Shown here piece after piece: positions 1-9,055 of a stretch of 30,459 bases of DNA (its first letter is position 1; every line of letters starts with the position of its first letter). This DNA is from Candidatus Eiseniibacteriota bacterium (GTDB taxonomy: Bacteria > Eisenbacteria > RBG-16-71-46 > DASYSL01): assembly GCA_031431875.1 (NCBI GenBank), contig JANPEF010000041.1:1-30459 (forward strand), read 5' to 3'. The position numbers were made by a program, and so were the translations under genes. The notes under the pieces are model-generated. The model searched no databases. It saw nothing but the letters and a program-made list of their open reading frames with translations, and was not told the origin of the DNA.

Positions 1-3000
1 AACGCGTACAGGTTCCCGTCCTCGCCGCCCACGAGCACCTCGTTCTGCCCGTCGCCGTCGATGTCGGCGGCGATCGGCGACGACTCCGAGGCGAGCGAGG
101 TGTACGAGTAGCGCACGTTCGTCCACGCGGGGATCAACGCCCCGTTGCCCTTGTAGACCCGCACCAGGCCGTTCTGCGTATTGATGATGATGTCGCGCTG
201 CCCGTCGCCGTCCATGTCAGCGAGCGCCGGGGTGGACGACTTCGAGTTGCCGCTGGTGGACAGGCCCGAGATCGGGAAGCCCGCCTGGCTCGTCCCGTTC
301 GGGTTGACGACCCACAGCTTGCCGCCGGTCGAGACGACGGCGATCTCCACCTGGCCGTCGCCGTCGATGTCGCCAACGGAGGCCGAGCCCGAGCCGCCGG
401 CGAACATGTTCACCGGGAAGCCCGGAATGCTCGTGCCGTCGCCCTTCCACGCGTTGATCAGCCCATCCGCGGTGACCATGATGATGTCGAGAAGTCCGTC
501 GTTGTCGAGGTCGGCCAGCGCGGGGCTCGCGTAATTGAACGTCGAGGTGCCCAGAGTCTGGAACACGCCCATCGTCCACAGATACCCGTCCCCGTTGATC
601 ACCTCGGTGCCGTCCGAGTCGTAGGCGAAGAACTTGGCGTCGTTGCTCGCGAAGACGATCTCCTGCTGCGGATCGGCGTCGATGTTGCCCACCGCGGCCG
701 TCGACCACGAGCTCGAGCCCACGGTCACCGGGAAGCCCGGGAAGTTCGAGCCGTCAGCGCGGAAGACGTACAGCTTCTTGTCGTCCCACGTCGGGGCCAC
801 GATCTCCCACGTCCCGTCGTTGTCGAGGTCGCAGATCGTCGGGCCCGCCGCGTAGTACGAGCCGAGCGTCGTGAAGTCGCCGCTGGTCCGCTCGGTGCCG
901 TCGGCGTCGCGCACCGGCGTGCCGTCGGAGTGCCAGGCCCACAGGACGTTGGAGCCGACGACGATCTCGTACGACGAGTCGTTCGAGTTGTCGATGTTCC
1001 CGATCGCCGGCGACGACGGCATGCTCCGCTCCGTCACCAGCGGGAAGCCGGCCGCGAGCGGCGGATTCGTCGACGCCGATGCCGCGGCCGAGAGGCCCGA
1101 CTCATTGCCCGAGGAGTCGACGGCCGAGACCTGGTAGTAGAACCGGCTCAACGAGGGCAGGTTCTCGTCGACGTAGACCGCGGTGCGATCGGTCGGAATC
1201 GCGTTGAGCTGCGTGTACGGACCGGCCAGGAGGCTCGAGCGGTAGATGTTGTAGCCGTGCAGGTCGGCGCTCGGCGACTTGGCCCACACCAGCGTGATGG
1301 TCGTCGCCGCGCCCGTGCCGACCAGCCCGGTGATGCCGCTCGGGACGATCATGTTCAGTTCCTGCACGAAACGCACTCCGTACGCGTCCGTGACCGTGAG
1401 CGTGAAGCGCGGGTCCGGCGCCGAGGCATTGGTGAGGCGGAACGCGGTCGATGTCGAGGTCGCATTGGGCGCCACGTCGCCGAACGACGCGGCGGCCACC
1501 CCGATGCTCACGCCCGGGGTGCTGCTCGCCAGGGTCGCGTTGACGCCTCGGGCGGTCCCGGTCGTGATGTTCCGGAGGCGGACGCGCAGATCGATGGTCT
1601 CGCCGACGTCGAGTCGGCCGTTGCCGTTGCCCACCGTGCCGCCGGCGCCGTTGTCGACCACCTGGTTCGAGAAGTGGACCAGGTTCGGGCCGCGGATCGG
1701 CAGGCGGAAGGTGTCGACCCAGTGGGCCGCTCCCGCGAACATGTCGAGCTGGAACAGCGCCTCGGTTCCGTCCGGCACGTTTTCGGCGACCTGCACGCGG
1801 AACGGGGTGCCGGGCACGGTGGCGCCGGAAAAGATCGTGCCGTACGACGCCGCGCCATTGACGACGGTGACGTACGGGCTGGCCGACGACAGGCTGGCGG
1901 TCACCGTTCCGGCTGTCGCGCCGCCGGCATTGCTGATCGGCAGCCTCCAGTCGACGATTTCGCCCGCGTCGGCCGCGCCGTCGGCCGCGCCGATCGTTCC
2001 ACCGATCGCGTCGTCATCTACGCTGCGGTTGGCGGCCTTCTGCACCAGCACGATGCCGGCGGCGGCGGTGAACGTGACACTACCCTCGTAGGGACGCGAC
2101 GAGGGTGCGCTGACGGTGAGGAACGCCGCGCCGGCGGTCTCGGGACGCACGTGCATGATCGCGTCGCCGGAGCCGTCGGTCAGCGCGACTTCGTACTCCT
2201 CGCCGGCCTTCATCAGGCACACGCGGGCGCCCGCGACCGGATCCCCCGCCTGCTCCACGTGGACCGTGAACGTGGTCTCGGCCAGGGAGACACTCGCGGG
2301 GGCGGTGACGGCCAGCGCGAGCGGCTTGCGCCAGTAGACCGGCATCGTCGGGTCGCCGAGCAGCTCGAGCGTGAACTGCGTCCAGCGGTGCGTGTTGTCG
2401 TAGAACGCCAGGCCGATGAAGGGGAACTTCTGACGGGCGAAGGCTTCGCCGACGGTCGACACCTTGTCCTGGAACACGAGCTCGTAGAACTCGTCCTGGT
2501 AGCTGCGACCGGTGACCGGGAAGTCCTCGCGGGTCGAGCCGATGTTGGCCACCGCGCCGCCGTTCGGGTTGAGGATGAATGCCTCGCCCAGCGACGCGAA
2601 ATCGATCGCGTTCGACGTGCAGTTGATCGAGTAGAGGATCCACAGGCGGTTGCCGTTGGACAGGTTGTCGGCGTCGGGATTGGTGATCGACCCGTCCCCG
2701 ACCGACATCGAGTTGCGGTATCCGTGCCCGACGTGGTGCATGAAGCCCCAGCCGCGTTGGAGCGAGTCGAGGACGGCCTGCCGCGTCTCGCGTACCGCCC
2801 CGAGCGTGTCGTACGGCAGGTAGTTCTCGTACATGCGCAGCGGCTTCATTTCCGGCGATAGTTTGCGAATCGCCGACTCGCAATCCTGTGCCCCGTCGAG
2901 CGAGATGCTGGCCGGCGGCACCCACTCCTGCGGGAAGAGCACTTCACCCGCGAACAGGATACGGTCCTCGTAGTCGCCGACGGGCGTCCGGCTGTACTGC

Positions 3001-4244
3001 AGGACCTTGTCGACGAACGTCTTCGCCTGGAACACGGTGGTGACCGGCGCGCGGCCGACGTAGACCTCGGGCAGCAGGTTCGTTCCGTCGCCCTGGTTGG
3101 CCAGCTCGACGTAGGCCTCGCCGAACAGCGAGTCGCCGTCGGCGTTCCAGTTGCCGTCGAGGTCCGAGTAGTAGAGGTCGGTCGGGATGTACGCGCCGCC
3201 GAAGAACGTGGTGCGCCCGTAACGCGTCGGGATCACGTCGGTGTCGCCGCCGAGCAGGACGTGCGTGATGCCCCACTGCTCGTAGGCCTCGCGCACGAAG
3301 CGGCGCAGTCGATCCTGCAGGTCGAAGCCGTAGGGATAATTCGCCTGGATGAACTCGACCGTGCGCACGACTGTCGGCACGCCGGTGCGCGTGCGCCAGT
3401 CGGCCAGCCGCTGCATCTCGGCCTGCATGGTGGCATTGGTGATGATGAGGTACTGGACGGCGCTGCCTTCGACGCTCGGCACGACGCTGGGCGCGAAGCC
3501 CCCGCCACCCGAAGCAAGGCGGCGATCGCGCACCGACTCGATCCGCGCGGCGCTGCCGGCGGCGGGACGAAGCGCCTCGGCGCCGCGACCGAAGCGCGCA
3601 CCCACCGGTGCGAAATCGGCTTCCCACTCGGCGACGACGCGGCGGCGCACCAGCCGGTCGGCGGAGAGATCCGACGTCGTGTGCACGTGCACCGTGATCG
3701 AGCCGGCCACCTCGATGGCGCCCGAGGCGGGGCGCACCCGCACCGGCTGCAACGCGACGGTCGCCAGATTGCGTCCGCGCAGGCCGCCGCCGGGACCGGG
3801 CAGGCCGGCCTCGAGCGGGAACCAGGCATCGGCCGCGTAGAGCGCGGCGTCGGCGGCGACGACCGAGGCGGGAAGCCCGGGCGAGAATGCCGCCGCGGTG
3901 CGAACCCGGCCCACACCGGTGGAGACCGGGAGCCAGTTGCCAACCTCGAAGGTGACGCTTTCGACGCGCTCGCCTTCGCCCAGCTCGATGAAGGCGGGCA
4001 CGGCCGGGAACTCGGGCCGCCCCGGCGATCCCATGGGCACGCCGCCGGCAATGCTCACGCGGACGCCGTCCGCGGAGCGCTCGATCCCGACCTCGTGCGG
4101 CGAGAACGTGAACGTGCGCACAACATCGGCGGACACGGGCGCCGCCAACACGAGGGCGACGACGCCGGCGACGGCCGATCCGAAGCGGAATCCGAGTGCG
4201 ATGCGGGGGAGAAGGCGAACGCGCGGGTGCGTGGACGGAAGCAT
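1..4244 (-). CDS. Secreted C25 (gingipain-like) cysteine peptidase with propeptide, Ig-like domains, FN3 domain and FG-GAP/VCBS-type repeats; 3' end runs off the window (>1414 aa)
   Basis: Translated by hand (not in ORF track because it has no stop in the window). ATG at 4244 after AGGAGA; signal peptide (…VVALVLAAPVSA-D); C25 motifs QYLIIT, HVLLGGDTDVIP, DLYYSDLDG, VGRAP, HHVGHG (His), SINCT (Cys), LLGDPTM; FN3-like ITLVW…GYNIYRS…YYQVSAVDSSGNES; repeated D[LIM]D[GN]DG…EI motifs in 1-1050. Confidence 0.9.
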   Translation of the reverse strand, partial: MLPSTHPRVRLLPRIALGFRFGSAVAGVVALVLAAPVSADVVRTFTFSPHEVGIERSADGVRVSIAGGVPMGSPGRPEFPAVPAFIELGEGERVESVTFEVGNWLPVSTGVGRVRTAAAFSPGLPASVVAADAALYAADAWFPLEAGLPGPGGGLRGRNLATVALQPVRVRPASGAIEVAGSITVHVHTTSDLSADRLVRRRVVAEWEADFAPVGARFGRGAEALRPAAGSAARIESVRDRRLASGGGGFAPSVVPSVEGSAVQYLIITNATMQAEMQRLADWRTRTGVPTVVRTVEFIQANYPYGFDLQDRLRRFVREAYEQWGITHVLLGGDTDVIPTRYGRTTFFGGAYIPTDLYYSDLDGNWNADGDSLFGEAYVELANQGDGTNLLPEVYVGRAPVTTVFQAKTFVDKVLQYSRTPVGDYEDRILFAGEVLFPQEWVPPASISLDGAQDCESAIRKLSPEMKPLRMYENYLPYDTLGAVRETRQAVLDSLQRGWGFMHHVGHGYRNSMSVGDGSITNPDADNLSNGNRLWILYSINCTSNAIDFASLGEAFILNPNGGAVANIGSTREDFPVTGRSYQDEFYELVFQDKVSTVGEAFARQKFPFIGLAFYDNTHRWTQFTLELLGDPTMPVYWRKPLALAVTAPASVSLAETTFTVHVEQAGDPVAGARVCLMKAGEEYEVALTDGSGDAIMHVRPETAGAAFLTVSAPSSRPYEGSVTFTAAAGIVLVQKAANRSVDDDAIGGTIGAADGAADAGEIVDWRLPISNAGGATAGTVTASLSSASPYVTVVNGAASYGTIFSGATVPGTPFRVQVAENVPDGTEALFQLDMFAGAAHWVDTFRLPIRGPNLVHFSNQVVDNGAGGTVGNGNGRLDVGETIDLRVRLRNITTGTARGVNATLASSTPGVSIGVAAASFGDVAPNATSTSTAFRLTNASAPDPRFTLTVTDAYGVRFVQELNMIVPSGITGLVGTGAATTITLVWAKSPSADLHGYNIYRSSLLAGPYTQLNAIPTDRTAVYVDENLPSLSRFYYQVSAVDSSGNESGLSAAASASTNPPLAAGFPLVTERSMPSSPAIGNIDNSNDSSYEIVVGSNVLWAWHSDGTPVRDADGTERTSGDFTTLGSYYAAGPTICDLDNDGTWEIVAPTWDDKKLYVFRADGSNFPGFPVTVGSSSWSTAAVGNIDADPQQEIVFASNDAKFFAYDSDGTEVINGDGYLWTMGVFQTLGTSTFNYASPALADLDNDGLLDIIMVTADGLINAWKGDGTSIPGFPVNMFAGGSGSASVGDIDGDGQVEIAVVSTGGKLWVVNPNGTSQAGFPISGLSTSGNSKSSTPALADMDGDGQRDIIINTQNGLVRVYKGNGALIPAWTNVRYSYTSLASESSPIAADIDGDGQNEVLVGGEDGNLYA

Positions 4245-4402
4245 CGGGCTCTCCTGCGGGCTCTGAGTCGGTCGTGGCCGTGCGGATCGTCGGATCGAGA
4301 TGACGCGATAGCGCTTCGAAGCCGGAGGGCGGCGGTTTCGAATGTTCAGATCGAAAAGAGGTCGAGGGACCAGGCGATCGGAAGGAGCGATCGCACGCGC
4401 GA

Positions 4403-4432
4403 AGTCTAAGGCAGTCAACGATTTCCTGTCAA
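4403..4432 (-). promoter_or_regulatory. Sigma70-type promoter for the C25 peptidase
   Basis: Minus strand TTGACA(4432-4427)-N18-TAGACT(4408-4403); the -35 lies in the last codons of the upstream SBP gene; implies a ~150-nt 5' UTR. Confidence 0.65.
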
Positions 4433-6034
4433 GGACGGCGCGGGCGAAAGACGCCGGATCGAGCCCAGATCGAGTCCCTCGCGCGGGTGGAAACGGACCC
4501 CCGAGAGCTCCCGGCGATAGACCACGGTCTCGCCCACCCGGGCGAGCGGAACCAGGGGCAGATCGCCCGCCAGGAGCGTTCCCACGCGATCGCGGAGGGC
4601 CCCCCGGGCCACCGGATCGGCCTCGCGCAGGCCGCGCAGCAGGAGGCTGTCGAGTTCGGGCCCGGGCCGGTAGCGCGCCCAGCTCCCCCCCCAGCCGGAC
4701 TCCATTCCGCGGTTCAGATAGAGCGCCGCCAGCTCGTCGATGCCGTCGCGGGCCGGAGCCTGCCACGGCAGGATCGTGGCCGCGGCCCCCCGTCGGGTCA
4801 CCGCCTCGCGGCTCCAACGGTCGCGCGGCAGAAGAACGGTCTCGAGCTGCACCGCGCCCCGCGCCAGGGCGGGTGCCAGGGCCTCGAGCCCGGCGGCCGT
4901 TGCGCTGGCCCTCGGCACGGACACCGGGAGCCGGATCCCGGTGAAGTAGCGAGCCACCTCGAGCGACAGGCGCGCCCGGTCCGGGTCGTAGCCGGGTGCC
5001 TCGGCCGCGCCCGGCGTGGCGTCCGAGGTGAACGCGCGCCACGGCATCACCCACGAGCCCAGCCCCTCGGGCAGGCGCGCGCGGTTGAGTGCCAGCGCGA
5101 TCCCGCGTCGCGCGTCGCGCCGCGCGGTGGGTGCAACCTCGGCATTGAGTGCGAGGTGCCAGATACGTGGCGGGTCCGCCTGCGCTTCGACATGCCCGAA
5201 CCTGTCGGTGCGCAGCAGCCGGTCGCGGAACTCGAGCGGTGGCGGGCACAACAGGTCGATGCGGCCGCTTTCGAGCCCCAGCAGGGCGCGCCGGGCCGGC
5301 AGGCCGGTGAGCACGCGAATCGTGTCGAGCGTGCCGGCCCGCAACCTGCGCGCGTCGGTGGCGGCGAGGCCGGCGCCCCACGCCGGATCGCGCACGAACA
5401 CGTACGCCCCCGCGGCGCGCTCGAGGCGATACGGGCCGTTCGTCTCCACGCTCGCGCTGTCGCGCAGGGGCAGCGCGTAGCGCGGCTGCGCCAGCTTCTC
5501 GAGCAGGAACGGATCGGGCCACGCCAGGCGCAGGACGAGCGTGCGCGCATCGGGCGCCTCGACGCCGAGCGGGGGCGCGCGGCGGATTCCCTGCTGGAGC
5601 GCGCCGGCGAGCGCCACGAACTGCGGCGCGCCAGGCGAGCGCAGCGCCCCCGTGCGGAACAGCCGCACGAGGCCGCGGGCGAAGTCCTCGGCGCCGATCG
5701 CCACCCCGCGCGCGTCGCGCAGGCCCGGGCGCAGCTCGAAGCGGACCGTGCGCCCGCCATCGGAGACCTGCCAGCGCTCGGCGCACGCGGGGACGACGCG
5801 CCCCGAGTCGTCGAAGGCGACCAGGCCCTCGTAGACGAGCCGCAGGTAGGGAGTCTGCTCGGGATCCCAGGCGAATGCGGGATCGAAGGTGGCGAACGAG
5901 TCGCGCAGCGCGAGCGTGATCGTGCCGCCCGCGCCGGACTCGGCGGGCGCGCGCCCGCAACCGATCGCCGCGACAGCGAGCGCGACGGCGATCGCGCAGG
6001 TCGCGACGGGGGCGGCATCCATGCGGCGCATCAT
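4415..6034 (-). CDS. ABC transporter family-5 (OppA/DppA-like) solute-binding lipoprotein
   Basis: C-terminal 539 aa of track ORF 4415..8866; lipobox AIG-C; family-5 motifs TFDPA, LVYEGLV, ERWQVSDGGRTVRFELR, NGPYRL, DLPLVPL. Start chosen from the -10 element 6 nt upstream; alternatives are 6031 and 6022. Confidence 0.8.
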   Translation of the reverse strand: MMRRMDAAPVATCAIAVALAVAAIGCGRAPAESGAGGTITLALRDSFATFDPAFAWDPEQTPYLRLVYEGLVAFDDSGRVVPACAERWQVSDGGRTVRFELRPGLRDARGVAIGAEDFARGLVRLFRTGALRSPGAPQFVALAGALQQGIRRAPPLGVEAPDARTLVLRLAWPDPFLLEKLAQPRYALPLRDSASVETNGPYRLERAAGAYVFVRDPAWGAGLAATDARRLRAGTLDTIRVLTGLPARRALLGLESGRIDLLCPPPLEFRDRLLRTDRFGHVEAQADPPRIWHLALNAEVAPTARRDARRGIALALNRARLPEGLGSWVMPWRAFTSDATPGAAEAPGYDPDRARLSLEVARYFTGIRLPVSVPRASATAAGLEALAPALARGAVQLETVLLPRDRWSREAVTRRGAAATILPWQAPARDGIDELAALYLNRGMESGWGGSWARYRPGPELDSLLLRGLREADPVARGALRDRVGTLLAGDLPLVPLARVGETVVYRRELSGVRFHPREGLDLGSIRRLSPAPSLTGNR

Positions 6035-6079
6035 GGGCGCACTGTAGCAGCGGTCCCGGACGTCTGCTAGCGTCCGCCC
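6035..6079. promoter_or_regulatory. Back-to-back extended -10 promoters directly upstream of start codons (leaderless type)
   Basis: Minus: TG-C-TACAGT(6046-6041)-N6-ATG(6034). Plus: TG-C-TAGCGT(6068-6073)-N6-GTG(6080). No SD on either side. Confidence 0.6.
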
Positions 6080-9055
6080 GTGAGCCCGATCGAGTCCACC
6101 GCCTCCGCCGCCGCCGACGAACTCCTCGCCGACCTCAACGACGCCCAGCGCGCCGCCGTCACGTTCGGCGACGGCGCGCAGCTCGTCCTCGCCGGCGCTG
6201 GTACCGGAAAGACGCGCGTGCTTACCCGCCGGATCGCCTGGCTGATCGCCTCGCGTCGCGCGCGCCCCGCCGAGATCCTCGCCCTCACCTTCACCGAGAA
6301 GGCCGCGCAGGAGATGGAGGAGCGCGTCGATCAACTGGTGCCGTTCGGCTACGCCGACGCCACGCTCGCCACGTTCCACGCCTTCGGCCGCCGCCTGCTC
6401 GACGAGTTCGGCATGCTGCTCGGCCTGCCGGGCGATGTTCGAGTCCTGACCGAGGCCGAGTCCGTCGTTTTCCTGCGCGAGCGCCTGTGGCAGCTGCCGC
6501 TGGCGCGCCTGCGTCCGCTCGGCGACCCGACGCGCCACCTCCGCGAGATGGTGAAGCACTTCGGGCGGCTCGCCGACGAGGACGTTTCCCCCGCGGTCTA
6601 TGCCGCGTACGCCGCCGCCGAAGCGACTGCCGCGGCGCCGGCGCACGACGAGGCGCGGGCCGAACGCGCCGCGCTGTGGGCCGAGCTGGCCGCCGTCTAC
6701 GCGAAGTCGCGCCAGCTGCTCGCCGCGGCCGGCCTCGTCGACTTTGCCGGGCTGCTCACGGGCGCGCTGCAACTGGTGCGCGAACATCCAGCGGTGCGCG
6801 AGGAACTGCGTCGCCGCTATCGCTGGATCCTGGTCGACGAGTTCCAGGACACCAACACCGTGCAATTCGCGCTGGTCCGCGCGCTCGCCGGCGAGCGGCC
6901 CAACCTCACCGTGGTCGGCGACGACGACCAGAGCATCTATCGCTTTCGCGGCGCGGCGATCTCGAACATCCTCGGCTTTCGCGATGCCTATTCCGACGCG
7001 ACGACGACGGTGCTGACCGCGAACTACCGCTCGACCCGCGCGATCCTCGACGCGGCCTACCGGCTGATCCGCCACAACGATCCCGAGCGCCTCGAGGTCA
7101 AGGCCGGCGTCGACAAGCGCCTCGTCGCCGCGGGCGCCACGCCCGAGGGCCCGCCGGTCGAGGACTTCGCCTTCGACACGCCCGCGGCCGAGGCCGACGC
7201 GCTGGCCGAGCGCATCGCCGCCGCCGTCGCCGCCGGGCGGCGCGCGTTCGGGGACCATGCCGTGCTCGTGCGCCGGCACGCCGCCGCGCTGCCGGTCGCC
7301 CAGGCGCTCGCCGCCCTCGGGGTGCCCTGTCGCGTCGCCGGCGGCGGCGGCCTGTTCGAGCGCGCCGAGGTCGAGGCGTGCCTCGATGCGCTCGCGCTGC
7401 TGGCCGACCCGGGTGACGATCGCGCGTTCTGGTTCACCGCCACGAGTGCCCTGTACGGCGCGCCGCCGCTCGACCTGGCGCGCTTGTCGGGCCGCGCCCG
7501 CCGCCGCCACCGCGGGCTCGAGGACGAGGCTCGGGCGCTGCTCGCCGCGCGGGCGCGCGGCGAAGTCGACGACGGGGACGATGAGTCGCCCTGGAGCGCG
7601 GCGACCGACGAGGCGCTTCGCGCCCTCGTCGTTCATCTCGACGAGTTGCGCACCTTTGCCCTGCGCCACGGCACGGGCGAGACGCTGTACCGCCTGCTGC
7701 ACGTCACCGGGCTCCTGCCCCGCCTCGCCGCGGCCGGCACCGCCGAGGCCGACGAGCAGGTGCGCAACCTCGCCCGACTGTTCGACGTCGTGCGCGGCTA
7801 CGCCGCGCTGGCCGAGCGCGATCGCGTTCCCGACTTCGTGCGCCACCTGGCGCTGGTGCGAGCCGCCGGCGAGAACCCGCGCGCCGCCGAGGCCGACCTC
7901 GACGACGACGCGGTGCACATCCTCACCGTGCACAAGGCGAAGGGCCTCGAGTTCCCGGTCGTGTTCCTGGTCGGCCTCGAGGCGAACCACTTCCCGGGCG
8001 TGAACCGGCGCGAGCCGCTGCCCTTCCCCGATGCGCTCCTGCCGGCCGGGCCGCCCGTGGGCGACGTCCACCGCGCCGAGGAGCGCCGCCTGTTCTACGT
8101 CGCGATGACGCGCGCCCGCGAGGAGCTGTGGCTGTCGAGTGCGCGCAACCACGGCGGGCCGCGGCGCTGGAAGACCTCGCCGTTCGTGCTCGAGGCGCTC
8201 GACCGGCCGCTGGCCGACCCGACCGCCGCGCGCTCGGCCGCGCTCGACGCGGTGCGCCGTCACGAGGCGCGACCGGCGGCGCTCGCCGTCGAGCTGGCGG
8301 CGCTGCCCGCCGATGCGCGACTCGTGCTGTCGCATCGCCAGATCGACGACTACCGGACCTGCCCACTCAAGAACAAGTTCGCCCACGTGCTCGCCGTGCC
8401 GTTGCTGCCGCACCATTCGGTCGGCTACGGGCTGGCGCTGCACAACGCGATCCGCGACTTCTACGTGCACCGCCGCGAGGGCTGGCCGCTCGACGAGGAG
8501 GGCATCGTCCGCCTGTTCCAACGCTCGTGGACCGGCGAGGGGTTCATCACCCGCGAGCACGAGGAGGAGCGTCGCCGCCAGGGCGAGGCCGCGATCCGCG
8601 CGTTTTACCGGCGCGAGACGACGCAGCCGTCGTCCCCCGCCGCGGTCGAGGCGCCATTCGAGCTCACGCTGGGCAACACGGTCGTGCGGGGCCGCTTCGA
8701 TCGCGTCGACGTGCGCCACGAAGGCGCCGTCATCGTCGACTTCAAGTCGAGCGACGTCACGGCCCAGGACGTGGCCGACGAGCGCGCGGCAAAGAGCCTG
8801 CAGCTCAAGCTCTACGCGCTCGCCTGGGCCGCGACGGCCGCGCCCCCGGTCGCGGTCGAGCTGCATTACGTCGCGACCGGCATCGTCGGCCGCGCCGCCT
8901 CGGGCGCCGAGGACCGCGCAGCGGCCGCCGATGCCGTGGCCGCGGCGGCGGCGGGCATTCGCGCTCGTGCGTTCGGCGCCACGCCGTCGTACGGCGCGTG
9001 CGGCTATTGCGCTTACAACGCGATCTGCCCGTCGCGCGCGCGGGGCGCGTTTTGA
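6080..9055 (+). CDS. UvrD/PcrA SF1 helicase fused to a C-terminal PD-(D/E)XK (RecB/AddB/AdnB-like) nuclease with four Cys
   Basis: AGAGTGKT, VDEFQD, VVGDDDQSIYRFRGA, NYRS, TVHKAKGLEF, EERRLFYVAMTRA; nuclease part YRTCP…GRFDRVD…IVDFKS…QLKLYA…CGYCAYNAICP. Confidence 0.92.
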   Translation: MSPIESTASAAADELLADLNDAQRAAVTFGDGAQLVLAGAGTGKTRVLTRRIAWLIASRRARPAEILALTFTEKAAQEMEERVDQLVPFGYADATLATFHAFGRRLLDEFGMLLGLPGDVRVLTEAESVVFLRERLWQLPLARLRPLGDPTRHLREMVKHFGRLADEDVSPAVYAAYAAAEATAAAPAHDEARAERAALWAELAAVYAKSRQLLAAAGLVDFAGLLTGALQLVREHPAVREELRRRYRWILVDEFQDTNTVQFALVRALAGERPNLTVVGDDDQSIYRFRGAAISNILGFRDAYSDATTTVLTANYRSTRAILDAAYRLIRHNDPERLEVKAGVDKRLVAAGATPEGPPVEDFAFDTPAAEADALAERIAAAVAAGRRAFGDHAVLVRRHAAALPVAQALAALGVPCRVAGGGGLFERAEVEACLDALALLADPGDDRAFWFTATSALYGAPPLDLARLSGRARRRHRGLEDEARALLAARARGEVDDGDDESPWSAATDEALRALVVHLDELRTFALRHGTGETLYRLLHVTGLLPRLAAAGTAEADEQVRNLARLFDVVRGYAALAERDRVPDFVRHLALVRAAGENPRAAEADLDDDAVHILTVHKAKGLEFPVVFLVGLEANHFPGVNRREPLPFPDALLPAGPPVGDVHRAEERRLFYVAMTRAREELWLSSARNHGGPRRWKTSPFVLEALDRPLADPTAARSAALDAVRRHEARPAALAVELAALPADARLVLSHRQIDDYRTCPLKNKFAHVLAVPLLPHHSVGYGLALHNAIRDFYVHRREGWPLDEEGIVRLFQRSWTGEGFITREHEEERRRQGEAAIRAFYRRETTQPSSPAAVEAPFELTLGNTVVRGRFDRVDVRHEGAVIVDFKSSDVTAQDVADERAAKSLQLKLYALAWAATAAPPVAVELHYVATGIVGRAASGAEDRAAAADAVAAAAAGIRARAFGATPSYGACGYCAYNAICPSRARGAF

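Noticed and set aside
181..4409. Plus-strand ORFs (930..2861, 3261..4409 and others) over the first 4.2 kb
   Set aside because: Antisense shadows of the C25 gene; Arg/Gly/Ala-rich with no motifs, as expected in high-GC DNA.
6035..8866. Apparent 1483-aa protein (4415..8866)
   Set aside because: Only the last 539 aa are the SBP; the rest is the antisense frame of the helicase.
8320..9055. Cas4-like nuclease as a sign of CRISPR or a defence island
   Set aside because: No repeat-spacer array or cas gene in the window; the domain is fused to a housekeeping-type helicase among core genes.
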